From NCBI GenBank assembly GCA_001189195.1, contig LFCQ01000002.1, positions 68,997 through 132,996 of the forward strand: DNA of 64,000 nt. Reading direction: 5' to 3'. The notes under the pieces are model-generated. The model made no database searches. It was not told the DNA's origin and was given only the letters and a program-made list of their open reading frames with translations. The number at the start of each line of letters is the position of its first letter. Position 1 is the stretch's first letter. A program made the translations under genes and the position numbers. This DNA is from Parcubacteria bacterium C7867-007 (GTDB lineage Bacteria; Patescibacteriota; Minisyncoccia; Phycocordibacterales; Phycocordibacteraceae). This document shows positions 7,352 to 16,309 of the stretch, one piece after another.

Positions 7352-7440
7352 TCCTAAGAAAAACACCGCTTCATTGAAGCGGTGTTTTTCTTTATATCTG
7401 CTTGATTAGCACCCTATCGCTCTCGGGTATACTCCTACGC

Positions 7441-7884
7441 GTGATAAAACGATTCTTCGATTGGACACGACTTAAGCGTCAACTTGATCTCGTCAAAGAG
7501 AAAGAATTTTCCTTCAGCGAAGGACAAATATGGTGGTGCCACACTGGAGAAAATATTGGTCATGAGTTAAATGGAAAAGGGACAGGTTTTGCACGACCAG
7601 TTTTGATTTTGAAGAAGTATGACCAATATACATTTCTTGGATTACCTCTCACTACAAAAAATAAATTTGGAACCTGGTATGTTTCCTTGTATACAAAAGC
7701 TGGCTTAAGAACAGTGGTGCTTTCACAAGAGAGAACATTTGGCTATCGCCGCATGCAAAATAGGATTCAACACGTATCCAAAAGAGACGAAAATTATATT
7801 CGCACCATGTATCTCAAGCTACACAGTAAAAATCAACCCCGCACCATTACTGATGCGGGTCGCGGGGAGTCCCGAAATCCTTGA
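7441..7884 (+). CDS. PemK/MazF-family toxin-like protein (no antitoxin gene adjacent)
   Basis: EGQIWWCHTGENIGHELNGKG..FARPVLILKK..FLGLPLTTK..LSQ.R motif. Confidence 0.8.
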   Translation: MIKRFFDWTRLKRQLDLVKEKEFSFSEGQIWWCHTGENIGHELNGKGTGFARPVLILKKYDQYTFLGLPLTTKNKFGTWYVSLYTKAGLRTVVLSQERTFGYRRMQNRIQHVSKRDENYIRTMYLKLHSKNQPRTITDAGRGESRNP

Positions 7885-7933
7885 AACAAATCAAGGCACA
7901 GTCAGTCTATCAAAATATTTCAAACGCCACAAA

Positions 7934-9586
7934 TTAATGGCGTGGAGGATCAATCACTCTAAAGACCTCTTCAAGTGTCGTTTGTCCCGCAAGAGCTTTT
8001 AAGATGCCGTCTTGTGCCATGGTGAGGAATCCTTGGCGAACTGCTTCCTTTGCAATATCGCTTGCCGATGGTGCGGTACGTAGGAATTCTGCGAGCTGGT
8101 CGTCCATGAAAATTGCTTCATATACACCCACGCGACCTTTGTATCCTGTTCCATCTGGACCTTCTGCACCAACCTGATCAATTGAAGTTGGTATGAGTGA
8201 AGAGTCTGCGAGTGGAGCGAACACATGCTTAATGAGTTCCTTCTCTTGGTCTGTAGTGGCACGCATGGTTCGTGTCTCAGGATTAAGAGTACGAATAAGA
8301 CGCTGGGCCATTGCAACAGAGACCGCAGATGGAATCGTTTTAGGATCCACACCCAGATCAAAAAGGCGAGGGAAGGCACCAGCTGCATCATTGGTGTGGA
8401 GTGTGGTGAATACGAAGTGTCCGGTGAGAGCAGCTTGTACCGCCACTTCCGCCACCTCTGCATCACGAATTTCTCCCACCATGATCACATCAGGGTCCTG
8501 ACGAAGAATAGAGCGAAGACCTGTTGCAAAGGTATAGTCTGCGCCGTCTGTTTGAGTTTGAACGATACCCGGAAGATGATATTCAACAGGATCTTCGATC
8601 GTAATTATTTTAATTTCTGGTGTATGCACTTCCTGAAGGAAGGTATACAACGTCGTTGTCTTGCCCGAACCCGTTGGACCGGTGGTGAGAAGCATACCGT
8701 TTGGGCGGTGAATCTCAGTAGCGAGACGTTCCAAAAGCTTCGGATGAATACCAAGATCATTGAGAGAGTGATTGATGGCATTGGGGTCAAGAATACGCAT
8801 CACAATAGACTCCCCGTAGTTACCCGGGATAATCGAAGTACGTATTTCTATATCCGTTCCCTGTACCGCAACTGTGAAGCGGCCATCCTGTGCACGGGTC
8901 ACGACATTCAATTTAAGTCCTGAAAGAATCTTTATACGAGATTCAATAAGACGGTATACGTGGGGATCAAATGTATAAACTTCTGTGAGTTGGCCGTCAA
9001 GACGCATGCGCATACGTACTACAGTTTCCTCAGGTTCGAAGTGAATATCAGACGCCTTCATTGCAAGCGCTGAAGTTAGAACACCTTCGAATATGTGTGA
9101 AACCTGTGCGGTCTTCTTTGCGCCAAGTGCATCATCTAAATGTGCTTTTAGTTCTGTGATAGTTGAAAGGGAACCACTGTCAGTACCATTAATGGTAAAG
9201 GTTCCTTCCTTGCTCTGTTCTGCATAAGAGAGGTCTGCGTATTTAGTTAGTGCGAAGTTCAAACCGCGTTCAGAAATAAGAAACTTCTCAACGATGTATC
9301 CTTGAGTATCCAACTGCTCAAGAAGCAGACGAGTTGCATCTGGTTCTGTACTACGCAGTGCAACAGAAAGATGTTTGCCATTCTTTTCAAATGCCACTGC
9401 CTGTGCAGCCTTTGCATCTACCTCTGATATAACACGAAGTGCGTCTGCGTTAACCGGAATAAGAGTCAGATCGGTATAGGGGATACCGTATTTGTCCGAA
9501 AGAAGACGGGCAAGATCCTCTTCTTCCTGTTCACGCAGGCTTTTGAGTTTTGCGTCTTCAGCGTCTGTATCAAAATGAGCAGGCAT
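7934..9586 (-). CDS. pilB: Type IV pilus assembly ATPase (PilB/GspE family)
   Basis: ASDIHFEP, TGPTGSGKTTT, TIEDPVEY, LRQDPDVIMVGEIRD, TLHTND. Confidence 0.92.
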   Translation of the reverse strand: MPAHFDTDAEDAKLKSLREQEEEDLARLLSDKYGIPYTDLTLIPVNADALRVISEVDAKAAQAVAFEKNGKHLSVALRSTEPDATRLLLEQLDTQGYIVEKFLISERGLNFALTKYADLSYAEQSKEGTFTINGTDSGSLSTITELKAHLDDALGAKKTAQVSHIFEGVLTSALAMKASDIHFEPEETVVRMRMRLDGQLTEVYTFDPHVYRLIESRIKILSGLKLNVVTRAQDGRFTVAVQGTDIEIRTSIIPGNYGESIVMRILDPNAINHSLNDLGIHPKLLERLATEIHRPNGMLLTTGPTGSGKTTTLYTFLQEVHTPEIKIITIEDPVEYHLPGIVQTQTDGADYTFATGLRSILRQDPDVIMVGEIRDAEVAEVAVQAALTGHFVFTTLHTNDAAGAFPRLFDLGVDPKTIPSAVSVAMAQRLIRTLNPETRTMRATTDQEKELIKHVFAPLADSSLIPTSIDQVGAEGPDGTGYKGRVGVYEAIFMDDQLAEFLRTAPSASDIAKEAVRQGFLTMAQDGILKALAGQTTLEEVFRVIDPPRH

Positions 9587-9634
9587 ACAAGTGAATAGTT
9601 GAATAATAGCACCACCCCACAGCATAGTGGGGTA

Positions 9635-9663
9635 TTGACTTTTATACAAATATGGCCTATAAT
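9635..9663 (+). promoter_or_regulatory. Near-consensus sigma70 promoter
   Basis: TTGACT-17bp-TATAAT. Confidence 0.7.
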
Positions 9664-9700
9664 GGGATTTGAATCAAAACACTCGAATGGAGTTCGAGAA

Positions 9701-10489
9701 ATGAACATTTCATCGGCCGCACTGGCCTTCATGATCAGCATCGTCGCCATTTCTTCGGCGCATGCCGCCCCGAAGGGCTACTCGCACGTGCCCAACACCT
9801 ACTACTACCAAGGAGAGGTGCAGTACGACGACATGCCTCTCCCGCGGCGCGACCCGCCTGGTCCCGGATACGTCTGGGGCTGCAAGACCAACGATGTGGG
9901 GAGGTTCCCCACCGAGAAGACGATTCTCGGTGGGGAAAGGACCCCTTGCAACTACTTCCTCCGGAACCCGGAGCAAGTACGTTCGGCCGCCGCTCCTCTG
10001 CAGCGCGTGAGAAAGGGAAATGAACCCTTCACCAGCTGCTCTCCTCAGGAGCTGTACTGCGAGCTGCTCGTTGGACTGCACCCCAAGAAGTGGAACGCGG
10101 ACCACACGGCCCTCGTCGACGACCTGCTGTACAAGAACACGGGGTGTCACAACGCCGCAGTCTGCACGTGGCAGAACATGCGGTTCGAGACCCCGGGCCA
10201 AGCTCAAGCGAGGCTCTGCCCCGACCCGAAGAAGCCCAACCTGATCCGCTACCCCAGCCCAACGCAGGGGTGCATCAGCGACAAGCATCTTAGGGACTTG
10301 TCTTCGCTCTACGGCCCTGCCTACGGCGTCAGCTACCCGGGTCAGTATGTGGGTGCTGGTGGTTATGGCTACGGCTATTACCAACGCGCCCCCTACCGGT
10401 ACGAGCCCAGCTCGAGGCAGGGACCGAATGTCTGTTCCTCCAGTGGCGACTATCGTCGCAATGGAGGACGCGCCGTCGGCAGGTGCTGA
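9701..10489 (+). CDS. Secreted Cys-rich hypothetical protein, GC-rich coding
   Basis: Signal peptide ending AHA; about 10 Cys; G/Y-rich tail; own promoter and terminator (10518-10550). Confidence 0.7.
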   Translation: MNISSAALAFMISIVAISSAHAAPKGYSHVPNTYYYQGEVQYDDMPLPRRDPPGPGYVWGCKTNDVGRFPTEKTILGGERTPCNYFLRNPEQVRSAAAPLQRVRKGNEPFTSCSPQELYCELLVGLHPKKWNADHTALVDDLLYKNTGCHNAAVCTWQNMRFETPGQAQARLCPDPKKPNLIRYPSPTQGCISDKHLRDLSSLYGPAYGVSYPGQYVGAGGYGYGYYQRAPYRYEPSSRQGPNVCSSSGDYRRNGGRAVGRC

Positions 10490-10574
10490 TCAACTCCCGG
10501 ACTTTTGTCCAAATACGGTGCCCGCTCTCCCAAGAGCGGGCACTTTTTCTATTCAGAGGTACAATTTCAGTACT

Positions 10575-11027
10575 ATGGAAAGAGAGAAAAATAATCTTGT
10601 AGACCTAGAAGCACTGCAATCAGAAGCAGCACGTTTTACCGCAACACTTTCTCCATCACAAGAAAACGCCACCCTTATAACGCTTTCGGGAGAACTAGGG
10701 GCAGGGAAGACTTCTTTCACACAGGGTGTTGCCCGTACGCTTGGTGTTACCGATGCAATAACCAGCCCCACTTTTGTACTAGAAAAGATATATGAACTCC
10801 CTGAAGCAACTAGTCTTGGGTTTACACGACTTGTACATATTGATGCGTATCGTCTTGAAGGCAAGAACGCACTAACTCCACTGGGATTCAATGAATTAGT
10901 TCAAGACGCAAAGAATCTGATTCTTTTAGAGTGGCCTGAGCGAGTTGGTGATGCTCTGCCTAAAGCCACACACCAGATTCATCTTTCTGTTGGAGAAGGA
11001 AACACCCGCGACATTTCCTATGCCTAA
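10575..11027 (+). CDS. tsaE: tRNA threonylcarbamoyladenosine biosynthesis ATPase TsaE
   Basis: LSGELGAGKTSF, SPTFVL, HIDAYRL, EWPE. Confidence 0.95.
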   Translation: MEREKNNLVDLEALQSEAARFTATLSPSQENATLITLSGELGAGKTSFTQGVARTLGVTDAITSPTFVLEKIYELPEATSLGFTRLVHIDAYRLEGKNALTPLGFNELVQDAKNLILLEWPERVGDALPKATHQIHLSVGEGNTRDISYA

Positions 11028-13431
11028 AGCACCTGCTAAAAAAGTAGAAAAGAAGAAGCGACTCATCCTATTGGATGCACACGCAATCATCCACCGTGCG
11101 TATCATGCACTTCCTGATTTCTCATCACCAACTGGTGAACCAACAGGCGCGCTGTATGGTCTATCGTCGATGCTTCTACGTATCATTCAAGACCTTAAGC
11201 CCGACTATCTGGCCTCTTGCTACGATCTCCCCAAAACAACCTTCCGGCATGAAGCATATGACGCATATAAGGGAACACGTGTGTCACTTGATGATGCATT
11301 GGCAAAACAACTAAACACGTCACGCAAGGTATTCGAAGCATTTTCCATACCGATCTACGAAAAGGAAGGGTTTGAAGCAGATGACATACTCGGTACCATC
11401 TGCGAACTCACTCGTGACCAGAAAGATCTTGAGATCATCATCGCTTCCGGTGATATGGACACCATGCAACTTATCGAGAAAGGTCGGGTACGGGTGTACA
11501 CCCTGAAGAAGGGAATCAACGACACCATTATCTATGATGAGAAAGCCGTTGAGGAACGCTATGGTTTTGAACCGGCTCTCGTTGCTGACTACAAGGGTTT
11601 GCGGGGAGATCCCTCAGACAACATCATTGGTGTGCCCGGTATTGGTGAGAAAACAGCCACTGAACTTATACAAAAGTTTGGAAGTGTTGAAGATATATAC
11701 AAGAAACTGAAGAAGAACGAAGCACAGTTCATTGAGCAGGGCATAAAGCCACGTATTATAGGCCTTCTTAAAGAACACGAGGAAGATGCGCTGTTTTCAA
11801 AGATGCTCGCAACCATCCGTATGGATGCACCAATCGTATTTCGCCTCCCTGAAGCGGTGTGGCAAGACGGTAGCGTATTGCCAAAAGTACTTGCGCTCTT
11901 TGATGAGCTTGGTTTCCGTACCTTGCGTGGCCGCGCACGAGCACTCTTTGAAAAAGGGGATAGCTCTGTTGAAGAGAGCGACACAGATACAGGAGTTGAA
12001 GAAAAGGAAATAGACCCAACACGCCTGCAAGAAGCACAGGTGATGGTGTGGCTACTTGCATCAGACCTCACCAACCCAACTCTTGATGACATTCTCGCCT
12101 TCACAAAGGCACAAACATTTGATGCTGCGTATAAAACACTGCAAGCGAAAATAGATACCACCGGTCAACTAGATGAAGTGTATGAAACTATTGAGAAGCC
12201 ATTAATACCGGTACTACGTGCTATGGAAGCACACGGGGTGCTGATTGATCAGAAGGAACTTGCAAAGCTTGCGACCATATACGGCAAAGAGCTCGAGGCA
12301 GTTGAAAAACGGATCTTCAAAGTGGTGGGACATGAATTCAATATTAGTTCCCCAAAGCAATTAGGTGATGTGCTGTTTGATGAATTGCAGTTGAAGGCTC
12401 CGGGATCAAAAGCACAGAAGAAAACATCAACCGGCCAGCGCTCCACCAAAGAATCTGAGCTTGAGAAACTGCGTGAACACCACCCCATCATCGAAGATAT
12501 TCTTGAATACCGTCAGATACAAAAACTATTGGGCACCTACATTGAAAACATCCCACCTCTACTTGATACAGAAGGGCGTATTCATCCACAGTTTATTCAG
12601 ACAGGTGCCGTTACGGGCCGCATGGCCACAACAAATCCAAGTATCCAGAATATTCCTATCCGCACCGAACGGGGTCGTGCAATACGACACGCCTTCATTG
12701 CACCAGAAGGTTTTCAATTAATCGGTCTCGACTACTCACAAATTGAACTACGTATTGCCGCACTCCTCTCTGGTGATGAAAAGCTCGGAGACATCTTTCG
12801 TTCAGGACGTGATGTGCATCGAGAGGTGGCAGCGGCCGTGTTTGGTGTTGCTCCTGAGGGGGTTGATTCTGAAATGCGCCGAAGAGCAAAGATAATTAAC
12901 TTCGGTATTTTGTACGGTATGGGTGTTAACGCACTCAAGGCACAACTGGGTACCAGCACCAACGAAGCGCAACAGTTCTATGAGGACTATTTCCGAACAT
13001 TTAATCGTCTTGCCGAATACCTTGAAGAGACTCGAGGTGCCGCACGCCGTCAAGGATTCACTGAAACACTATTTGGTCGTCGCCGTGAGTTCTCTGGTAT
13101 TAAATCCTCACTTCCTTTTGTGCGTGCACAAGCAGAACGTATGGCAATCAATGCACCTATACAAGGAACACAGGCAGACATCATAAAGATTGCGATGGTG
13201 CGCATCCACCAAATGCTTATAGATGAGAATGCTCAAGACGATGCGTACATGCTTCTTCAGGTACACGATGAACTAGTCTTCGAAATCCGTGAGTTACGTG
13301 CAAAGGAATTGGCACAGAAGATTCGTGAAATTATGGAATCCGTGGTCCCAGAGGATCAGACGCTTGGCATCCCACTCTTGGCTCAGCCGAAGATAGGGAA
13401 GAACTGGGGAGATATGCACCCCATAGACTAG
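11020..13431 (+). CDS. polA: DNA polymerase I (5'-3' exonuclease + polymerase, reduced 3'-5' exo region)
   Basis: LLDAHAIIHRAYHA, EADDILGT, DYSQIELR, AKIINFGILYGMG, QVHDEL. Confidence 0.97.
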   Translation: MPKAPAKKVEKKKRLILLDAHAIIHRAYHALPDFSSPTGEPTGALYGLSSMLLRIIQDLKPDYLASCYDLPKTTFRHEAYDAYKGTRVSLDDALAKQLNTSRKVFEAFSIPIYEKEGFEADDILGTICELTRDQKDLEIIIASGDMDTMQLIEKGRVRVYTLKKGINDTIIYDEKAVEERYGFEPALVADYKGLRGDPSDNIIGVPGIGEKTATELIQKFGSVEDIYKKLKKNEAQFIEQGIKPRIIGLLKEHEEDALFSKMLATIRMDAPIVFRLPEAVWQDGSVLPKVLALFDELGFRTLRGRARALFEKGDSSVEESDTDTGVEEKEIDPTRLQEAQVMVWLLASDLTNPTLDDILAFTKAQTFDAAYKTLQAKIDTTGQLDEVYETIEKPLIPVLRAMEAHGVLIDQKELAKLATIYGKELEAVEKRIFKVVGHEFNISSPKQLGDVLFDELQLKAPGSKAQKKTSTGQRSTKESELEKLREHHPIIEDILEYRQIQKLLGTYIENIPPLLDTEGRIHPQFIQTGAVTGRMATTNPSIQNIPIRTERGRAIRHAFIAPEGFQLIGLDYSQIELRIAALLSGDEKLGDIFRSGRDVHREVAAAVFGVAPEGVDSEMRRRAKIINFGILYGMGVNALKAQLGTSTNEAQQFYEDYFRTFNRLAEYLEETRGAARRQGFTETLFGRRREFSGIKSSLPFVRAQAERMAINAPIQGTQADIIKIAMVRIHQMLIDENAQDDAYMLLQVHDELVFEIRELRAKELAQKIREIMESVVPEDQTLGIPLLAQPKIGKNWGDMHPID

Positions 13432-13491
13432 CTCCTTTTTAAAGCAGGAGTATCATTATCTTTGGTATCCACTCAAGTTCGGGGGTGTTTT

Positions 13492-13635
13492 ATGTCGACA
13501 GTTCCACTGCACAGTGCAGCATCTCAGCGGTCTTCCGGCGGAATGAGGATCATCCTGCCTCTCCTGATATCGCTGGCCATGTGGGCGTTCATTCTCCTTG
13601 GACTCGCGGGCTTTTGGCTCAAGATCTTCGGCTAG
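13492..13635 (+). CDS. 47-aa single-TM small protein (not in the ORF track)
   Basis: MSTVPLHSAASQRSSGGMRIILPLLISLAMWAFILLGLAGFWLKIFG*; G-rich SD; hairpin GAAGGCGTCCC-ACA-CGGGGCGCCTTC downstream. Confidence 0.55.
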   Translation: MSTVPLHSAASQRSSGGMRIILPLLISLAMWAFILLGLAGFWLKIFG

Positions 13636-13701
13636 GAATCGCCACAACGTGAAGGCGTCCCACACGGGGCGCCTTCAACATGTTCGGGATACAATACATA
13701 C

Positions 13702-14355
13702 GTGATCTACTTATTCCACGGCTCAGATATACATAAGGTGCGCGCAAAGGCCTTTCAGTGGGTAGCGGCTGCACATGCAAAAGCACCTGATGCGTACTAC
13801 GCACGTCTTGATGCAGGGGCAATTTCCCCTGAAGCACTTCAGGAAGCACTTTCAACTCAAGGACTCTTTTTCTCTAAGACCCTTATTCTCCTTGATGACC
13901 CATTCTCAGACAGTGCAGCAGGTGAAGCAGTATTGGAGTCTCTTGCGGAACTCGCTTCATCTCCAAATGCCGTTGCCATACTTGCACCCAAGCTTCTTGC
14001 AACACGACTAAAGAAGATAGAACCTCATGCAGCGAAGGTGTTTGAGGTGAACGCTACAGAAAAGAAAGTGTCACGTGGTTTCAACAGTGGGTTGGTGAAT
14101 GCTCTTGGGGAAAGGAACGGAGCGAAACTATGGCAGGAAATCGAAAAGGCACGTCGTCTTGGTGATGCACCTGAAATGATTCATGGCCTCCTCCACTGGA
14201 AAGCTCGAGACATTATGCAGAAGGGGAGTCGTTCCTGGAGTGATGAAGAAGCACGAGTGCTCTCTCGTAACCTTATCGAGCTTCTCTCTGATTCACGTTC
14301 TGGAGATCTGCCCCTTAATCTAGCGCTAGAACGCTTTGCGCTTTCGCTTCGTTAA
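13702..14355 (+). CDS. holA: DNA polymerase III delta subunit-like (short form)
   Basis: MIYLFHGSD N-terminus, QGLFFSKTLILL, C-terminal LALERFAL. Confidence 0.7.
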   Translation: MIYLFHGSDIHKVRAKAFQWVAAAHAKAPDAYYARLDAGAISPEALQEALSTQGLFFSKTLILLDDPFSDSAAGEAVLESLAELASSPNAVAILAPKLLATRLKKIEPHAAKVFEVNATEKKVSRGFNSGLVNALGERNGAKLWQEIEKARRLGDAPEMIHGLLHWKARDIMQKGSRSWSDEEARVLSRNLIELLSDSRSGDLPLNLALERFALSLR

Positions 14356-14804
14356 TCCCTCTCCACCAATTCTTTCAGGGCCTGCAATGCCTTTGGCCAC
14401 GTATCCTCAAACATTGCTTTGTATTCATCAATTGCATCAATCTCAACAAGTACTTCTGTACCACCATCCTTCTCAATGAAGGTGTAGTTTTCATGTGCAC
14501 CAACAAAACCCTTAACGGCTTCGCTATCGAAGTCCTCAACATCATTCATAATCATCCCCCTGTATTCAATAGAAATAAACTCATACGGGCGGTTTTCTTT
14601 GATGAATCCAATCATGCCACCCTCAGTACCATCTTCAGAAGGACCTAGAAAACGAATGTCTGAGCCCTCCTCCCAATTACCGATGTAGTACGAGCCAGCA
14701 TGAAATGCAGCCGTCCATATACGATATGTTTCATCTTGAAGCATGGTGTTCCACACCTTCTCCTTTGGAGCATTAATAAAGATTGAGCTTTGTATTTTTT
14801 CCAT
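14352..14804 (-). CDS. SRPBCC/AHSA1 domain protein
   Basis: IFINAPKEKVWNTM..WEEGSDIRF..WPKALQALKELVE. Confidence 0.85.
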   Translation of the reverse strand: MEKIQSSIFINAPKEKVWNTMLQDETYRIWTAAFHAGSYYIGNWEEGSDIRFLGPSEDGTEGGMIGFIKENRPYEFISIEYRGMIMNDVEDFDSEAVKGFVGAHENYTFIEKDGGTEVLVEIDAIDEYKAMFEDTWPKALQALKELVERD

Positions 14805-14839
14805 ACAGTTAATTCTAAAGCATTGTATGGAAAAATAGA

Positions 14840-14868
14840 TGAACAGTCTGTGGGACGATGTTGGAATC
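14840..14868 (-). repeat. Site B copy 8 (second locus, inverted orientation, 2-nt insertion)
   Basis: - strand GATTCCAACATCGTCCCA[CA]GACTG. Confidence 0.85.
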
Positions 14869-14965
14869 AAATCGGATCCCTGGGTTTATTTGACAATGCA
14901 TACTTATAAATGTACTCTGCAGTCCAGTCAGACCTACGTATCACAAATCAGAGGAGCAGCTGACG

Positions 14966-15142
14966 ATGTTCGCAAAGGTTTTTCACGGTGACTTAGTCTT
15001 CCAAGTGGAAGACAAGATCAATGAGTATCTCCGTTCCAACCCGGACCTCGAAGTCGTTTCGACTTCGTTCGTCATCACTCGCTACGGCAGCGGCGACACC
15101 GAATCCGCCCTCTTCGTTTTCAGGGGAGATTCGGCCGCATAG
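14966..15142 (+). CDS. 58-aa small protein, cassette of the second locus (resembles Cse60/DUF2758-type small proteins)
   Basis: MFAKVFHGDLVFQVEDKINEYLRSNPDLEVVSTSFVITRYGSGDTESALFVFRGDSAA*; TTGACA(14890)-17-TACTCT promoter, AGGAG SD, terminator about 15165-15208. Confidence 0.7.
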   Translation: MFAKVFHGDLVFQVEDKINEYLRSNPDLEVVSTSFVITRYGSGDTESALFVFRGDSAA

Positions 15143-15209
15143 AGCCAGTCGCAGTTGGATCAACAGAGAGACGTACGACCTTCGGGTACGGCGTCTCTTA
15201 TTTTTTTAT

Positions 15210-15233
15210 TGCTGGGAGACTACGGATCGAACC
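15210..15233 (-). repeat. Site A copy 2, 7 nt downstream of tRNA-Lys
   Basis: - strand GGTTCGATCCGTAGTCTCCCAGCA. Confidence 0.75.
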
Positions 15234-15240
15234 TCATTAG

Positions 15241-15313
15241 TCCGCCTACCAGGGCTCGAACCTGGGACCGTCTCCTTAAAAGGGAGCTGCTCTACCAACT
15301 GAGCTATAGGCGG
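15241..15313 (-). tRNA. tRNA-Lys(TTT)
   Basis: CCGCCTA/TAGGCGG acceptor stem, anticodon loop CTTTTAA, GGTTCGAGCC T-arm; CCA not encoded. Confidence 0.93.
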
Positions 15314-15339
15314 TTAGTGCGCACGCATTGTTTATACCG

Positions 15340-16305
15340 TTAATACTGATACAGGTCTACCGTCTTGCCGTTCTGGTCCACTAATTTAATTGCCTCTTTT
15401 GAACTCTTCCAGAGATCACCATACCTGCGTGTGTCGTCATGACTTTTGGTGAGAGGTTCACGGCCCAGATATATGCGCCAGGAGTTACCCCAGAATCGTG
15501 CATCTCCCCGATGAGCATCAATGCAACCCTGGTAGTTTAGGTACTTATCGATGAATTGATAACAAGAAGAGGAAAGTCTCTTGCCTTTCTCACTTGGAAT
15601 ATTGCACCGATTCACAGTTGCTACGAACGATTCACAGTCACCATCTTTGTATTCATTACCGGTGTAGAAGGTTTCGTATTCGTCACTTGGGTCAGGACAG
15701 GTTTGTGAGAGATAGGGATAAAAGGTTTTGCTTTGAGTGTAGTATCCGGCGCACATGTTTTCTCGGAAGGACACATCAACAGGGGACTTGCCCGTAACAA
15801 TCACCGCTGTTTCATTCGGATGGAGGATGATCGGACCAGTATTAGTATTGGTGCGTGAAAGAAGTTCCTGGCCATACGGAATGGTGACACTGCGGTCATT
15901 GCTCACCGCAACCAGTTTCCATCCAGAAATGTTTATGTTTGGTTGTGCGTTATACGCAGCCTTAATAGTTATATATTCCTGATTAGGATCAGTGGTACCA
16001 AGGTTGTTACCCCAACTGATCGTCACCATTCCCTTGTACGGAGACGCTTCTCCGAAAAGCTTTGCATCCTGCACCTCTTTCTTAAGTCCTGTCACTGAAC
16101 GCTGAATACTAAAGAGGTCTGTGCGTGCTGCACCGATGTTGATGCCTGTTATGGGGTCTCCGTATCCAGTCTGGGTAACTCCTACTGTGGTGATTGGGGT
16201 GATATATGGCCCTGCAAAGGAAATAGGATGATTAGGACCACCACTTGCAACCCACACGACAAAGAAGAAGAGAATAAATCCTAATAGGAATGCGCCGTCG
16301 CTCAT
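15340..16305 (-). CDS. Membrane-anchored protein with lamin-tail-like domain and paired cysteines
   Basis: N-terminal TM; QEYITI..NINISGWKL, terminal IKLVDQNGKTVD. Confidence 0.7.
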   Translation of the reverse strand: MSDGAFLLGFILFFFVVWVASGGPNHPISFAGPYITPITTVGVTQTGYGDPITGINIGAARTDLFSIQRSVTGLKKEVQDAKLFGEASPYKGMVTISWGNNLGTTDPNQEYITIKAAYNAQPNINISGWKLVAVSNDRSVTIPYGQELLSRTNTNTGPIILHPNETAVIVTGKSPVDVSFRENMCAGYYTQSKTFYPYLSQTCPDPSDEYETFYTGNEYKDGDCESFVATVNRCNIPSEKGKRLSSSCYQFIDKYLNYQGCIDAHRGDARFWGNSWRIYLGREPLTKSHDDTRRYGDLWKSSKEAIKLVDQNGKTVDLYQY

Positions 16306-16309
16306 GCGC

